NCBI GenBank assembly: GCA_043228905.1
Contig: JBHGNT010000016.1
Span: 12,896,001 to 12,960,000 of the forward strand
DNA: 64,000 nucleotides
Origin: Azolla caroliniana
Taxonomy: Eukaryota; Plantae; Polypodiophyta
Direction: 5' to 3'
The notes under the pieces are model-generated. The model was not told where the DNA came from, did no database searches, and was given only the letters and a program-made list of their open reading frames with translations. Both the position numbers and the translations under genes were made by a program. This document shows, piece by piece, positions 51,461-64,000 of the stretch (position 1 is its first letter; each line of letters opens with the position of its first letter).

Positions 51461-54380
51461 AAGTTTCCATCTAGCCCATGTGCTAGTGGCATTTAGCTCA
51501 AACATGTCAGAAACAGATAGCACTATTTGACACAAAAAATGTAGACGTTGATTTTCTTGGCTATATTGTATATTTCTAAAGATGGATACCACTTATTTTA
51601 CTCATTCTATATAGCCTCTTTTCATGTCAAAACCCGTTTTCAAACCGGAGACCTCTACTATGTGATACTAGTCTGATAACCAACTACACCATCTGGACCC
51701 ATTTGTTATTATTAATTTCATAGTTTGATATGATTTTTTTATTAGACCAAGCCATTGACTTGTCACAGTAACATTGACATAACGACATTGTAAGTTTGCC
51801 AAGTGGTAGTAAGATTTACCTTATAGAAGTCTTTGTCACTACATACCATTTAGATTGAAAAAGATAGCACGAATGGAAGCTAGAAATGAAGATTTCTTTT
51901 TGCTTTACTTAATATATGTGTAGGACTTGGAGTTAGTATAACATAATACTTGACTATATCGACATAATTACAATCAGCCAACCGTGCAAAGAACAATAGT
52001 TATGAATCTAGTTAGTCTAAATAGCACTTTTCTTGTTCAAATGTAAAGTGTAACCGGAGACGTCTAATGTATTAGAGTTGCATGAAAAACAACTACACCA
52101 TCTAAACATATGAATGATATAGCTATGAATCTAGTTAGTCTAAATAGCACTTTTCTTATTCAAATGTAGACTGTAACCGGAGATGTCTAATGTGTTAGAG
52201 TTGCATGAAAAACAACTACACCATCTAAACATATGAATGATATCTACTGGTCTATCTTAATTAATCTTGGTGCAATAATGATTGAACAATAGAGTGTTCT
52301 TAGATGAGTTTCAAGATATCATTTATTCGTAAATGAATAGTCCAAAACATGCAAATAAACCTGGACTCAATGTCAAGACCTCTACTGTGGAAGTCTAGTG
52401 CGATAACCAACTACACTATCTAGACGAAATTGTGAATATCGCTCAATTTCATGCATTCTGATGAATTTGATATTTGGCATTTAGATGAAACAAGTCTCTA
52501 GAAAGAAATAGAGTAATTGACACAAGAAATGAACACGAATATTTTCTTGGCTTAAGGTACATGCATGAGTTCCACTAAATATATTCTAGACCTATAGTAA
52601 ACTAGAGACCAATTCTTCTACTCATTCTATGTATATTTTTTGTTGCCCAAACACAAACTCGAACCGAATACCTCTAGTGTGTAAGACTAGTGTGATAACC
52701 AACTACACTATTTGGACACAATTGGGAAAACCAATCTCATGGACTGAAAGGAATTTGTTAGTTTGACTGATGCGATTTCACAACTACATGGCCATCACGA
52801 GTTTCAATGTAGCCCATGTGGTAGTATTATTTAGCTCAAACATGTATGTAGATAGAAACAAAAGTTTCAATATAGCCCGTGTGGTAGTAGTATTTAGCTC
52901 AAACATGTATGTAGATAGAAACAAAAGCACGATTTGTAGCAAAAATGTAGACGTTGATTTTCTTGGCTATATTGTATTTCTCTAAAGATGGATACCAATT
53001 ATTCTACTCATTGTATGTAGCATCTTTTCTTGTCGAAACCCGGACTTGAATTGTGGACCGCAAAAATGTAGACGTTGATTTTCTTGGTTATATTGTATTT
53101 CTCTAAAGATGGATACCAATTATTCTACTCATTGTATGTAGCATCTTTTCTTGCCGAAACCCGGACTTGAATTGTGGACCTCTAGTGTGTTAGACTAGAC
53201 AATGTGATAACCAACTACACCATCACGACATATTGAGAATAACTTCATTGGATCGATGAATAAAAGACTAATCTCAATGGAAATTCCATATGTCAATTGA
53301 AAAAGAATAAGTTAAAACATTATTGTTGTTGTAATCGACAAGATTATGTGTCCAAAGCTGGATTCGAGCCAAAGACCTCTAGTGTGTTAGACTAGCATGA
53401 TAACCAAATACACTATATCGACCCATTTGTCATTACTAATTTATAGTTTGACATGAATTCGTTAATTAAACCAAGCGATTGGCATGTCAACATGGGCATC
53501 ATTAGTTTCAATGTATCCCATGTGCTTGTGGCATTTAGTTCAAACAAGTCTCTTGAAAGTAACATATAGCCCTAATTAACACTAGTAATCAACACGATGA
53601 TTTTCTTGGATTAAGCTACATGCATGAGTTCCACTTAGTTTCTATAATTATATTCTAGTTCTCTAAAGACAAATACCAATTCTTCGTAACATTTTTTGTT
53701 GCCCTAACACAGACATGAAACGAAAACCTCTAGTGTGTAAGACTAGTGTGATAACCAACTACACTATCTGGACCCAATTGTGAAAACCAATCTCATGGAT
53801 TCAAAGGAATTTGTTACTTTAACTGATGGGATGTCACAACTACATGGCTATCACGAGTTTCAATGTAGCCCATGTGGTAGTGGCATTTAGGTCAAACATC
53901 TATGTAGATAGAAACGGGTAGCACTATTTGATACAAAAATGTAGACATTGATTTTCTTGGCTATATTGTATTTTTCTAAAGACGGATACCAATTATTCTA
54001 ATCATTCTATGTAGCATCTTTTCTTGTCCAAACCCGGACTTGAATTGTGGACCTCTAGTGTGTTAGACTAGCGTAATAACCAACTACACCATATGGACAT
54101 ATTGAGAATAACTAGCTTGGATCGATGAATAAAAGACCAATCTCAATGGAAATTCTATCTGTCAATTCGAAAAGATTAAGTTAAAACGTTAATTTTGTTG
54201 TACCGGACAAGATTATGTGTCCAAACCCGGATTCGAAGAAGAGACCTCTAGTGTGTGGGACTAACATGATAACCAAATACACTATCTGGACCCATTTGTC
54301 ATTACTAAGTTATAGTTTCACATGAATTTGTTAATTAGACCAAGCGATTGGCATGTCACACTAACATTGACATAATGACT
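51461..54380 (-). repeat. tRNA-Val-derived tandem array block
   Basis: Units at ~51625, 52034, 52157, 52352, 52643, 53030, 53152, 53349, 53700, 54025 and 54218, with local tandem duplications. Confidence 0.82.
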
Positions 54381-57300
54381 TGTAAACGATTACTTGCAGA
54401 AGCTTTAGAAAATAGAGAAGGTAGGGAATACACAAAGTACACGGGAGAGACAGAGAGAGCAGAACTTCAAGGCTATATTCAAAAACGATAAAAACACTTT
54501 GTACATACAACTATGCTCAGTAGCATTATTTATACAAGTCCTCGTGGGACTGATAGAGGTACCGCGTACTTCAATGCTCACATGAGCATCTGACACTTAC
54601 TACGAGACTATAATTGCCTAGTAGTCTACACTAATACTAGGCTTCCTGTTACTGATTGGATCCGGCTAACCGGCTCCCCAGCTCACCGGCTCTGTTGCTT
54701 GCCGGCTCTGTTGCTTGCCGGCTCGGTTGCTCACAGCTTACCGATCCGTCTCGCTTGCCGGCTCAGGCTTATTCAGCCGATCCGGCTCCAATTGAGCTTG
54801 CCGCTCAACACTCCCCCTCAAGCTCAACTTGAGGTTGGATCTTAGTGTCAGTCTCTGTGGCAGCCGGTTCTTCCAACCGACTTCTCCTGGCATCACTTCG
54901 CCATGCTCGCGCTCCTCGTCCAGTTTGGTTCTGTTTGCCGTGACCCCTCTTGTTATGCGCGCCTCGACCTTCTCGGTCGGTATGTCTGCTCAATAGGCCC
55001 CTCTCAGCTCCTTTTCTGCTATGACTCCAGCGCTTATCGATCAGTCGGTTTCTCCGCGATAGCATCGACTTCCGTTGCATCCGTGTCTGCTTGGCCTTGA
55101 ATTGATCCAGTTCTTCCGAATCTTTCTGTTGAACCGAATCGACTGTCTCTGATTCGTTCCAACTCTTGTCCGAGTCGGTTTTTGGTTCCAAGCCCATTAC
55201 CACATCGGACCATGTCCGGGTCTTTGCCTTCTTCCTTCGGTCGGCTCTGTCCTTCTTGACTCTGCCGCCTTCTGTTCTTCCCTCACCGGCGCAATCGACA
55301 GTCTCTTTGCCTTTGCCCATTCTGGTGTCTCTGCCCGTTCTCCCCCTCAAGTGTGGCATGTCGAGATGCTGAACACCAAGCGTGTCGGTAAAGTGCTGCA
55401 ACTTGTCCGATCCGAGCGACTTGGTGAAGATGTCGGCAATTTGCCGATCTGTGTGAACATACCGTAGTTCAACTTCATCGCTCAGGACCCGCTCACGCAC
55501 AAAGTGATAATGCACTTCCATGTGCTTCATGCAAGCATGGAACACAGGGTTCTTGGCGAGTTGCATGCTGCTTATGTTGTCGCAGTAGACCAGAATCGGG
55601 GTCGGTACCTCGATCCATAAGTCTTGCAACTGTCGCTGAAAAAAGCAGCCAACAGTTGCTCTGTTGAGCACTGATGCTGAGTATCGGGGCGCTACCTAGG
55701 TAAAACATATAATCGGAGGTTGATCGGCGATCTGATGCATTGCCGGCCCAGTCGGCATGTGTGTAACCGACGAGCTCTTCGGTTATACCTCGCCTATATA
55801 ACAGTCCCCGGTCCTTCGTGCCACTTACATATCGCAGTATCCGTTGCGTGCACTGAAGGTGCTCCACGGTCGACTTCTGCATGAACTGTATCATTCTGAC
55901 TAGATAGTGGTTGATTTCTGGAACACCCGGTCTGGTGATGATTAGATCATCAACATACAATAGTATACATACCGGACCGGCTGAGCCTTGCCGGATGAAC
56001 AACGAAGAGTCCGATTTGGAGGCCACAAACCCCATCTTATGCAACCGGTGCATGATCTTCGCATTCCAAGCTCAAGGGGCTTGCTTTAGGCCGTACAACA
56101 ACTTCTTCAGCCGGCATACCGCCGACTTGTTCATCTCCGATTGAAAGCTGGGGGGCTAATTCATAAAGACTTCTTCTTCAAGATCACCGTGAAGAAAAAC
56201 ATTCTTCACATCCATCTGGTGAAGATGCCACCCCCTTGTTGCAGCAACCGCTAGCACCACACAAACCGTCGTAGTCGATTCCGGAGCGAAGGTCTCGTCG
56301 TAGTCGATTCCGTGGGTCTGCGCATATCCCTTCACCACTAACCGAGCCTTGTACCGGTTAACTGAACCGTCGACGTTGTACTTTATCTTGTACACCCACT
56401 TGCATCCGATCGGTTTACAGTGACGAGGAGGATCAACCAGGTCCCATGTCTTCTTGACATCAAATGCCCACATTTCTTCTTCCATAGCGGCACGCCAATT
56501 TGCGTCCTTGGCCACTTCTGCGTAGCTCCCCAGCTCACGCACTTCCACTACCTTAGTCATGTATGCATAGTGATGCGCCATGTACTCATTGTACCCGTAC
56601 CGCTTGGTGGGATCCTTCTGGCGGGTGGACCGACGTAACTCACTGTTACACGGTTTGAGGCCCTTCTTGGCCGGTTCGGTCTTCGTTGCCGAAGATATGC
56701 CTTTCTCCTTGCCGGAGTTGGATGCACACTGATCCGACTCATCGTTGCCGGTTTCGAATTCCAGCATCTTCTTCTTCCCCTTCTCTTTGTGCGTAAACTG
56801 TCGCCTCGGTTCCTTGCGCAGGGAGTGCACAACAGAGTCTCTACTACTCGTCGGTTCCTCATTGGACTGGTCAAATTGACTTAGTCGCTCGTTCGGCCCG
56901 CTCAACCGAAACAATTCCGGACTCTCATCTTGAGTCCACGCTTCATCATCATCTACCTGGGCCGATTCAGGCTCACTGGCCTCATCCTCCGGCAACGGGT
57001 TGGATTCGGAAGTCGGAGTCGGTAAGGAGTACCACGATGCCGATTCATTGAACTCGACATCTCGACTAACTCGAACCTGCTTTATCCGAGGGTTATAACA
57101 CTTATAACCCTTTTGCTCTTGAGCATAGCCGACTAGGATGCATTTTTCCGATTTTGCATCCAGCTTCCTCCGCTTCTCATCTGGTACATGCACATATGCA
57201 ATGCTACCGAAGATCTTAAGGTGTCTCAAATTCGGCTTGCGCCCGAAATACAGCTTGTCAGTTGACACCTTGTCGCCGATCCAGTTCTGGATGTACACAA

Positions 57301-59618
57301 CCGTTTGGACTGCCTCCGCCCAGTAGAATTTGGGCATGCTCTTCTCCTCTAGCATTGCCCTTGCCGCAACAATGAGTGACCGGTTCCCGTTCCACCATGC
57401 TTTGGAGACTCCGAAAACACTCGAAGACTTTTCTCTTCCGCTCAATGAGGTAGATCCATGTGTGCCGCATATAGTCATCGATGAAGGAGACAAAATATTG
57501 ACTCCCGCCAAGACTAACATTCTGTGCCGGTCCCCACACATCCGAATGGATAAGGTCGAGCTTGTTACGGCTCCGGTTACGTTCGGTGGGGAATGGAAGC
57601 CGGTGTTGCTTCCCGAGTTGGTAGGCTTCACATACTTGGGCCTTCCGGCCGCTAAACTTCGGCAAACCGAAAACAACTTGTTTCGTTTGCAAGTCTTGAA
57701 GCCTCCGGTAATTGACGTGGCCTATCCGCTTGTACCCCAAGTCGATGTCCAATTCGACCTTCTGTCCTTTTGAAAACAGAGCAGTGCCGACGTCATTGGT
57801 GTCGAGGATAAACATCCTCCCGTCTCTGCACCCTTGCGCAATAATCTGGCCCTCTTCCTCTATGAAGCACCCAAGGTGCGTAAACCGCACCTGCATCCCT
57901 TGGTCGACGATCTGTCCAACCGACACTAGGTTCTTCGTGATTGTCAGAACGTATAATACGTTCATCAACTTCCCCTTCTGTCCGACGTGGCTCAAAGGGA
58001 CTTCTCCGACGTGCACAATTGGGTGAGGAGTGTCGTCTCCAGTTTCGACTACTCCTGGTTGATCTGGTTTCTCCAAAAAGGAGAACCACTCTTTGTGGTT
58101 TATCATGTGGTTTGATGCACCGGAATCAACATACCACACTTCCTTCGATTTGGAAGTGGTCTTCTTCATCGAGTTCGCCTCGTGCTTCATCACCAAGGCT
58201 GGCCCGTTACCGTTCTTGGATCCTCTCGATCCCTTCGCGTAGTGCAAGCTTTGCCGGCCATCCTTGTCAGCCTTGCCGGATCCGGATTTGTCCGAATCGG
58301 CGTGTTTTCTCTAGCACTCGCTCTCTCTGTGGCCCTTTTTGCCACAATACCAGCATTCCGTTGCAGTCTTCTCTTGCCGTCTTTCGGTGCCACCATGACT
58401 CCCACTGCTCCCGGAGGGTCCAAAACTGTTGTTGGCATGTTCTCTGTGCCTTTGTTCCTGGTCTTGCCGGCCGCCTCCATTGCGTGCTGACCTGCCTCAT
58501 CCACCACGCCCACGGGACCGATCCGCCTCTGTATACAACATCCGGCTATCAGTGGGTGCGCTAGTTGACGCACCGGTATGGTTCTCCTCTACAAGGAGCA
58601 TCGACAGTAAGTTGACAACTGACGGCGTATTCTCCCTTGTACACACCGCCGTTCGGAACGCTCTGAACTTAGACGCCAGGCCCCCAAGATAGACCTCTTT
58701 GATAGAGGCAAGCGAGTCATAGATCTCTTTGATCCAGGCCGTGTAATCCACCACCGACATGTCCTTCTCTCGGACATTGCTCAACTCCTGTCGGAGTTGC
58801 AGCTTCCGGGCTGTAGTGCTCGTGGCGAAAACCTTCTTCAGGTTCCCCCAAGCCTCCTTCGGCGTCTTGGCGTCTCGGATGTGGCTCAACAACTGGTCTC
58901 CGACACTGGACGCGAAGTAGTACATCACTCTGCTTGCCGATTGTTCCCACACTGGGAAGTCCTTATGTGCCGCATCAGGTGCTGTTTCGTTGGCTCCTTC
59001 GACGAAACTCTAGTAACCATGCCCAACCAGGTACTGGTGCATCTTATACAACCAAGATGCATAGTTGGATCTATCGAGTTTCTCCACAGGGAGCGCGCTA
59101 GCCATCCCTCTATCCATCACTTCTTTGTCTGTTGTTTTACGACCTGTTAGGGTTTGCTTTCAAGCGTTTGTCGGTTGTAGAGGAGATTCTCAACCCTTGC
59201 GCTCTGATACCATGTAAATGATTAGTTACGGAAGCGTTAGAAAATAGAGAAGGTAGGGAATACACAGAGTACACGGGAGAGACAAGGAGAGCAGAACGTC
59301 AAGGCTATATTCAAAAACGATAAAAACACTCCGTACATACAACTATTCTCAGTAGCATTATTTATACAAGTCCTCGTGGGACTGACAGAGGTACCGCGTA
59401 CTTCAATGCTCACATGAGCATCTGACACTTACTACGAGACTATAATTTCCTAGTAGTCTACAGTAATACTAGGCTTCCTGTTACCGATTGGATCCGGCTA
59501 ACCGGCTCCCCAGCTCTGTTGCTTTCCGGCTCGGTTGCTCACAGCTTACTGATCCGTCTCGCTTGCCGGCTAAGGCTTATTCAGCCGATCTGGCTCCAGT
59601 TGAGCTTGCCGCTCAACA
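54381..59618 (-). mobile_element. Full-length Ty1/copia retrotransposon, mutated
   Basis: LTRs 59213-59618 and 54381-54810 (TG..CA); PBS TGGTATCAGAGC at 59212-59201; PPT TGAGGGGGAG at 54820-54811; TSD TGACT/CGACT; gag-PR-INT-RT-RH order with frameshifts. Confidence 0.93.
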
Positions 59619-59912
59619 CGACTTTGTAAGTTTGCCAAGTAGTAGTAAGATTTACATTATAGAAGTCTTTGTGACTACGTACCATTAAGATTGAAAAAGA
59701 TAGCACGAATGGAAGCAAGAAATGAAGAATTATTTTTGCTTTGCTTAATATATGTGCAGGACTTGCAGTTAGTTTAACTTGACTATATCTACCTCAATAC
59801 AATCAACCAACCATGCAAAGAACAATTGCTATGATTTTAGTCGGTCTAAATAGAACTTCTCTTGTCCAAACGTAGACTGTAACCGGAGACCTCTAATGTG
59901 TTAGAGTAGCAT
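59619..59912 (-). repeat. Last tRNA-array segment
   Basis: Continues the spacer interrupted at 54380; truncated unit at ~59863. Confidence 0.75.
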
Positions 59913-62852
59913 CATCGGGAGGGTTTGAAGGGAAAGGCATATCTCTAGGTAGTGATGGATCTTATATATAAAATGTAAATATTTTATGTTACATCAATAT
60001 GGCGATTCACAAATATGTATAAATATAGGTGTTAGTCATTTTGTAAATTTTGTATGTTTTCTTCTAAATTTCACTTGTCGATTATTTAGACATTTTTTTA
60101 AAGCCCTAAATTTTTGGACATGGTATAAATCAATATATTTTGATTCAATTTCCAAAAGCCTTTACACATGCGATGGTCGTTTTTGTGAAATGACCTAATT
60201 TGTGTCTTTTTTGGACGGACTGTTCTTAAATTGCGACATATTACCTGTTTCAAATCACCCGGTGTTCAACCCCATAAAAGGCGAAAACATCGTAAAATGT
60301 GTTGGCCAATACCTCTCTAGCTAGATGAATCACATGAAGATCGTTGGAATTATGCTCCACCACGTTGGCTATTCCCTTTTCCTAGTTCTTTCTTATTTCA
60401 AGGATAATTGTGAGGTATTTTTAACTTAACAGTTTGACAGGAAGGACATAAAAGAGGCAAATGTGATAGGTGCAGTCATGTGGAGTGATAGGGATGAGAT
60501 GTTGGATGCAGAATATGAAGCATCTTCTAATTTTGGATAAGGATGAGTGATGACAGTGTTGAGGGTTGTAACAAGATTTGATGAGCAAACGAGGAGAGTA
60601 GTGTCACTTTCTATTTGTATGTACACAATTTTGGTGGTAAATCAGCGTGAGTGAGATGGTTGATGTCGATTTATGAAGTACAATTCTTTTTTTTTTATAA
60701 GGATGAGTGATGGTAGTGTGGGGGTTGAAGCATAATCTCTCGAGAAGACTGGACTCATTAATTGTTTGTAGGTATAGGATTTTGGCGATAATCGGCGAGA
60801 TGTTTGATGTGGACTTGATGAAGAAGAATGTATATTTTTTATAAGGATGAGTGATGAGGGTGTGGGGGGTGAAGCATATTGTCATGAGGAGATGAGGAAA
60901 CAAGACTCATTGTATTGTTGTATGTGCAAGATTTTGGTGGTATTCGGCGAGATGATTGATGTGGACTTAACGAAGATGGTTTGGATAAGGATGAGTGATA
61001 ATGGTGAGGAGGCCGAAGCATATTCTCATGAGAAGATGACGAATTTAAACTCATTTTATTGTCTATGTGCAAGAACAAGAGCAGGTTGAAGAAGTATTGA
61101 AAGGTTCATAACTATGACCTACGAGGGTTGTTTCCGAATATAAGTACTTTGGTTGTTGTCTATGGATATGATACCTTGCATTGTGTCTAAGGAATAGGTT
61201 GCAATTAGTGGATTATTTTCTCTACTTAGGATTTGTTTCCTCAACCAATGTCTTACACAAGACGGGTTGGGGGGGGGGAAACTTTGTATGTTGTAGCCGT
61301 TATGACCCTTTTTATACAACTAATGGAAGGATATTTTGTTTTGAAAAAAAAAGAGGTACATTAGAAGCATTACGTGATGTCGCAAGGGGTGCATCTCTAA
61401 ATCTCCATGCATGGAGGCGCATGAAGAGTCGTCTCATACTCAAGAATGAGAGTGCAATCTACCTTAAGGCATCACCTAATCTTCAAGTAATATATCTCAA
61501 GAAATGGAGGGAGGTAGTGTTAGCATCACATGGTGACGCATCCCATCACATTTTCAAAGCCTCATAAAGAGTTAAAGCGAGGTTACCCGACTGAGGTACG
61601 TGATTATGGCATCACACCGAAGTATGTAAAAGCACTCATTAGAAGTTGTGGTTGCCAAATGGTGTCAAAGGTTGACCCGACCAACGTGTTGGGAGAGAGC
61701 ATGGCCAAATATAAGAAGACCCTATCCATAGAAGTGATCAAGGTAGAAACCCACTAGTTAGATGATGCGCTTAGGATTTGCAAACCAAGTTTCACACACA
61801 CTTAAGGAAAGGATTCAATGTGGGTATGCGTGTGATTAGGTATATTTGTCATCGTGTGGTGACATCTCGACTTATGTCTAATTCCAATCGACGACATAGG
61901 GGCACACCCCGATGTGGGTGTCCATTCCATGTGGACATTAGAATGAATGATAAGGTTCATAATGAGACACTGATCATCTCAATATATGGACCTGATAGTG
62001 GTGATGTACTAGGTAGGTAGTAGGTCGCATGTGTACCATTTGCTAGCACACCCCAATGTCATAAGTTGTTGCAAAGATGACCTATTTGATGTTGGGTGTG
62101 CAAGGCATGTGGCATGAATGAGCATGCGTAAGGAAGCATATCATAAGTTCAAGGCTAGTCCATTAGAGCTTGTTAGCTATAGGTTCTTTATGATACCAAA
62201 GGAGGTCCATAACATGGCAAATAGGTTAAAAATTAGGAGCACCATGTCAGAGGTTGATTGGTCTTTGATGACGTAAGATGCCTATGCACTCTAAGATCTT
62301 GGGAAAGTGGTTCATGTTCAACCTTACCTGCCTGGTGAACCAAGATCTCCCACCAGACAACCATTTATCTTGATACTTCAAGATCAATGGATGCTCGAAA
62401 TGTTTGATCAGTTGCCCCTAAACAACTCTTGGGCAATCGACTCCACACATAAAACAAATCAATTTGGCTACCATTATATGCAGTTGTTTCCCCCAACACC
62501 ATGGGAATTGGGATACCCTTATGGTACATGCTTTGTAGTTATGATAAGGGATCGAACCATGAGCAAGTCGCATTAGAGACTTGCTTGAGATTCATATTTG
62601 CAAGGATGCCCACAGTGAGGCCAAATGTGATAGTGATTGATAAATGTTGGACATCATATAATGTCATAACTAATGTGGTTGCAACAAACCATCAATCTTG
62701 GATTGTTGTAAATGGGCAACGGTCACAAACACATTGTTGACTTTTGTTGAGTCAGTTTCACGCCAAAAAATCATGGGTGGACAACTAGTTGATGAGTATG
62801 TGTGCGGAAGTACGTGTGGACCTGTAGATGTCGTGATGTTTTCGACACATAG
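59913..62852 (+). mobile_element. Mutator-like (MULE) element relic with fragmented transposase (~61100-62780)
   Basis: RCGCPFHVDIR (WRKY/FAR1-like), WAIDSTHKTNQFG, GIGIPLWYML, RPNVIVIDK and an LL..FH motif across frames. Confidence 0.7.
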
Positions 62853-63933
62853 TGTGAAACCACCCCCGAAAAGAAGTAAAATAGTAGTTCAAATAAACTA
62901 GTATTATGAAGTCAACTTTATTAATAATAAAAATACTTTTCAAAGAGGATTCCTTATAAATTAAAGGTCAAAGGATTAAATCTTCCAAAAAATGATGAGG
63001 AATATAAAGTTAGTAGCGGTTTTCAAAAGTAGAGGAAAAAATGGGAAAAGAAAAGCTAGGCGTGGGTATGAGGAGCAGAGTCGATTAAGAAGCTCGTAAT
63101 TTCCTCATCCAATGTACAAATTAGAAAAGGAAAGATTCATAAGAAAGCTAACATAACCAGATTCCTAAGAATATCTTGCATGTCAAGTTTGACGTTACCG
63201 AATAGAAATAGTGATGGAAAGAAAACGCGACTCATATAGACAAACTTTTAGGGAAAAAAAAAGCAAGCAATCCTAAACCTATAAATAAGAGCTTATTTTT
63301 AAGAAGGGGGGAGGGAAGAAGAACATGGAAACTCTACCAGATTTCTAAGAATATCTTGCATGTCAAGTTTGACGTTACGGAACAGAAATAGTGATGGAAA
63401 GAAAACGCGACTCATATAGACAAACTTTTAGGGGGAAAAAAAGCAAGCAATCCTAAACCTATAAATAAGAGCTTATTTTTAAGAAGAAGAAGGGGGGAGG
63501 GAAGAAGAACACAAAAGCTCTACTGAATTGGATAGTTGAAGAAGAAAGATCAACAACATCAAGAGGCATCATCAACTCCTATATTCTACTCTCTTCTTTT
63601 CTGCACCTCACTTTCCCCATTACTTTATAAATTATCTCTCATATTCATATCCAACCCATTGTAACATGATTCTTATTTTATAAAAGAATCCATTAATTTG
63701 CAATAAACTAATGCTTTCTTTCATCTATGTGTCTTATATGTTATTGTCACTTGTGGTTGTGTTTTTGTGTTTTTGTGTGTTTGTGTGTCTTGTGATTAGG
63801 GGTTGATTCGGGCTTGCCCGTGAGCCTCTCCTTTTCACAAACATATTTGAATATTTGTGCCTTCGTGTGTTGTGTGTGTGAGCTCTAATTCCTTCTAGTC
63901 CATAACCCCGGTGGTTCCGCCTCACAATCTGCA
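62853..63933. mobile_element. Probable solo LTR with internal ~180-bp tandem duplication
   Basis: TG...CA ends flanked by CATAG (62848-62852 and 63934-63938); duplicated block ~63157-63520, each copy with CTATAAATAAG. The right end could instead be TCACA at 63926. Confidence 0.6.
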
Positions 63934-64000
63934 CATAGTGATGGATTTTCACGACATGGGTTATGCACAACAAACAACATTGAAAGTATGGTAGGAGAAT

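Noticed and set aside
43043-59150. Numerous antisense or alternative-frame ORFs overlapping copia sequences
   Set aside because: Shadow ORFs of GC-richer retrotransposon coding DNA with no recognisable motifs.
561-59912. Calling all array units functional tRNA genes
   Set aside because: Most have broken stems or boxes and no adjacent oligo-T terminator; only a few (e.g. 5948-6021) are near intact.
59913-60300. Helitron 5' end (A|TC)
   Set aside because: No Rep/helicase motifs or CTRR 3' hairpin found; downstream coding relics are MULE-like.
60420-61090. Degenerate ~150-bp repeats (ATAAGGATGAGTGATG) encoding His/Pro-rich ORFs
   Set aside because: Low-complexity internal repeats of the MULE relic; frames are not conserved between units.

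Overview
Gene-poor, repeat-saturated eukaryotic DNA, most likely a land plant (tRNA-iMet-primed Ty1/copia elements, plant-type tRNA-Val; a non-seed plant is plausible but unproven). No ordinary host protein gene is visible. The AT-rich background is a degenerate tandem array of more than 50 tRNA-Val-derived copies on the minus strand, organised in a ~1.8 kb higher-order unit, with anticodons diversified to AAC, CAC, TAC, GAC and TCC. Inserted into it are many copia remnants, two LTR-bounded copia elements with TSDs, three solo LTRs, an APE-RT LINE, a gypsy integrase fragment and a MULE relic. The standout is a 9,182-bp cut-and-paste DNA transposon (6534-15715; 36-bp TIRs, 4-bp GACA TSD, empty sites present in the window). 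It carries an intact 926-aa Sola-like DDD transposase and, divergently, a 6-exon gene fusing a ParB/Srx-like domain to a beta-class DNA amino-methyltransferase (N6-adenine or N4-cytosine). Intron 1 of that gene holds nine 33-bp palindromes nested into larger palindromes. All calls are by eye; no database searches were run.
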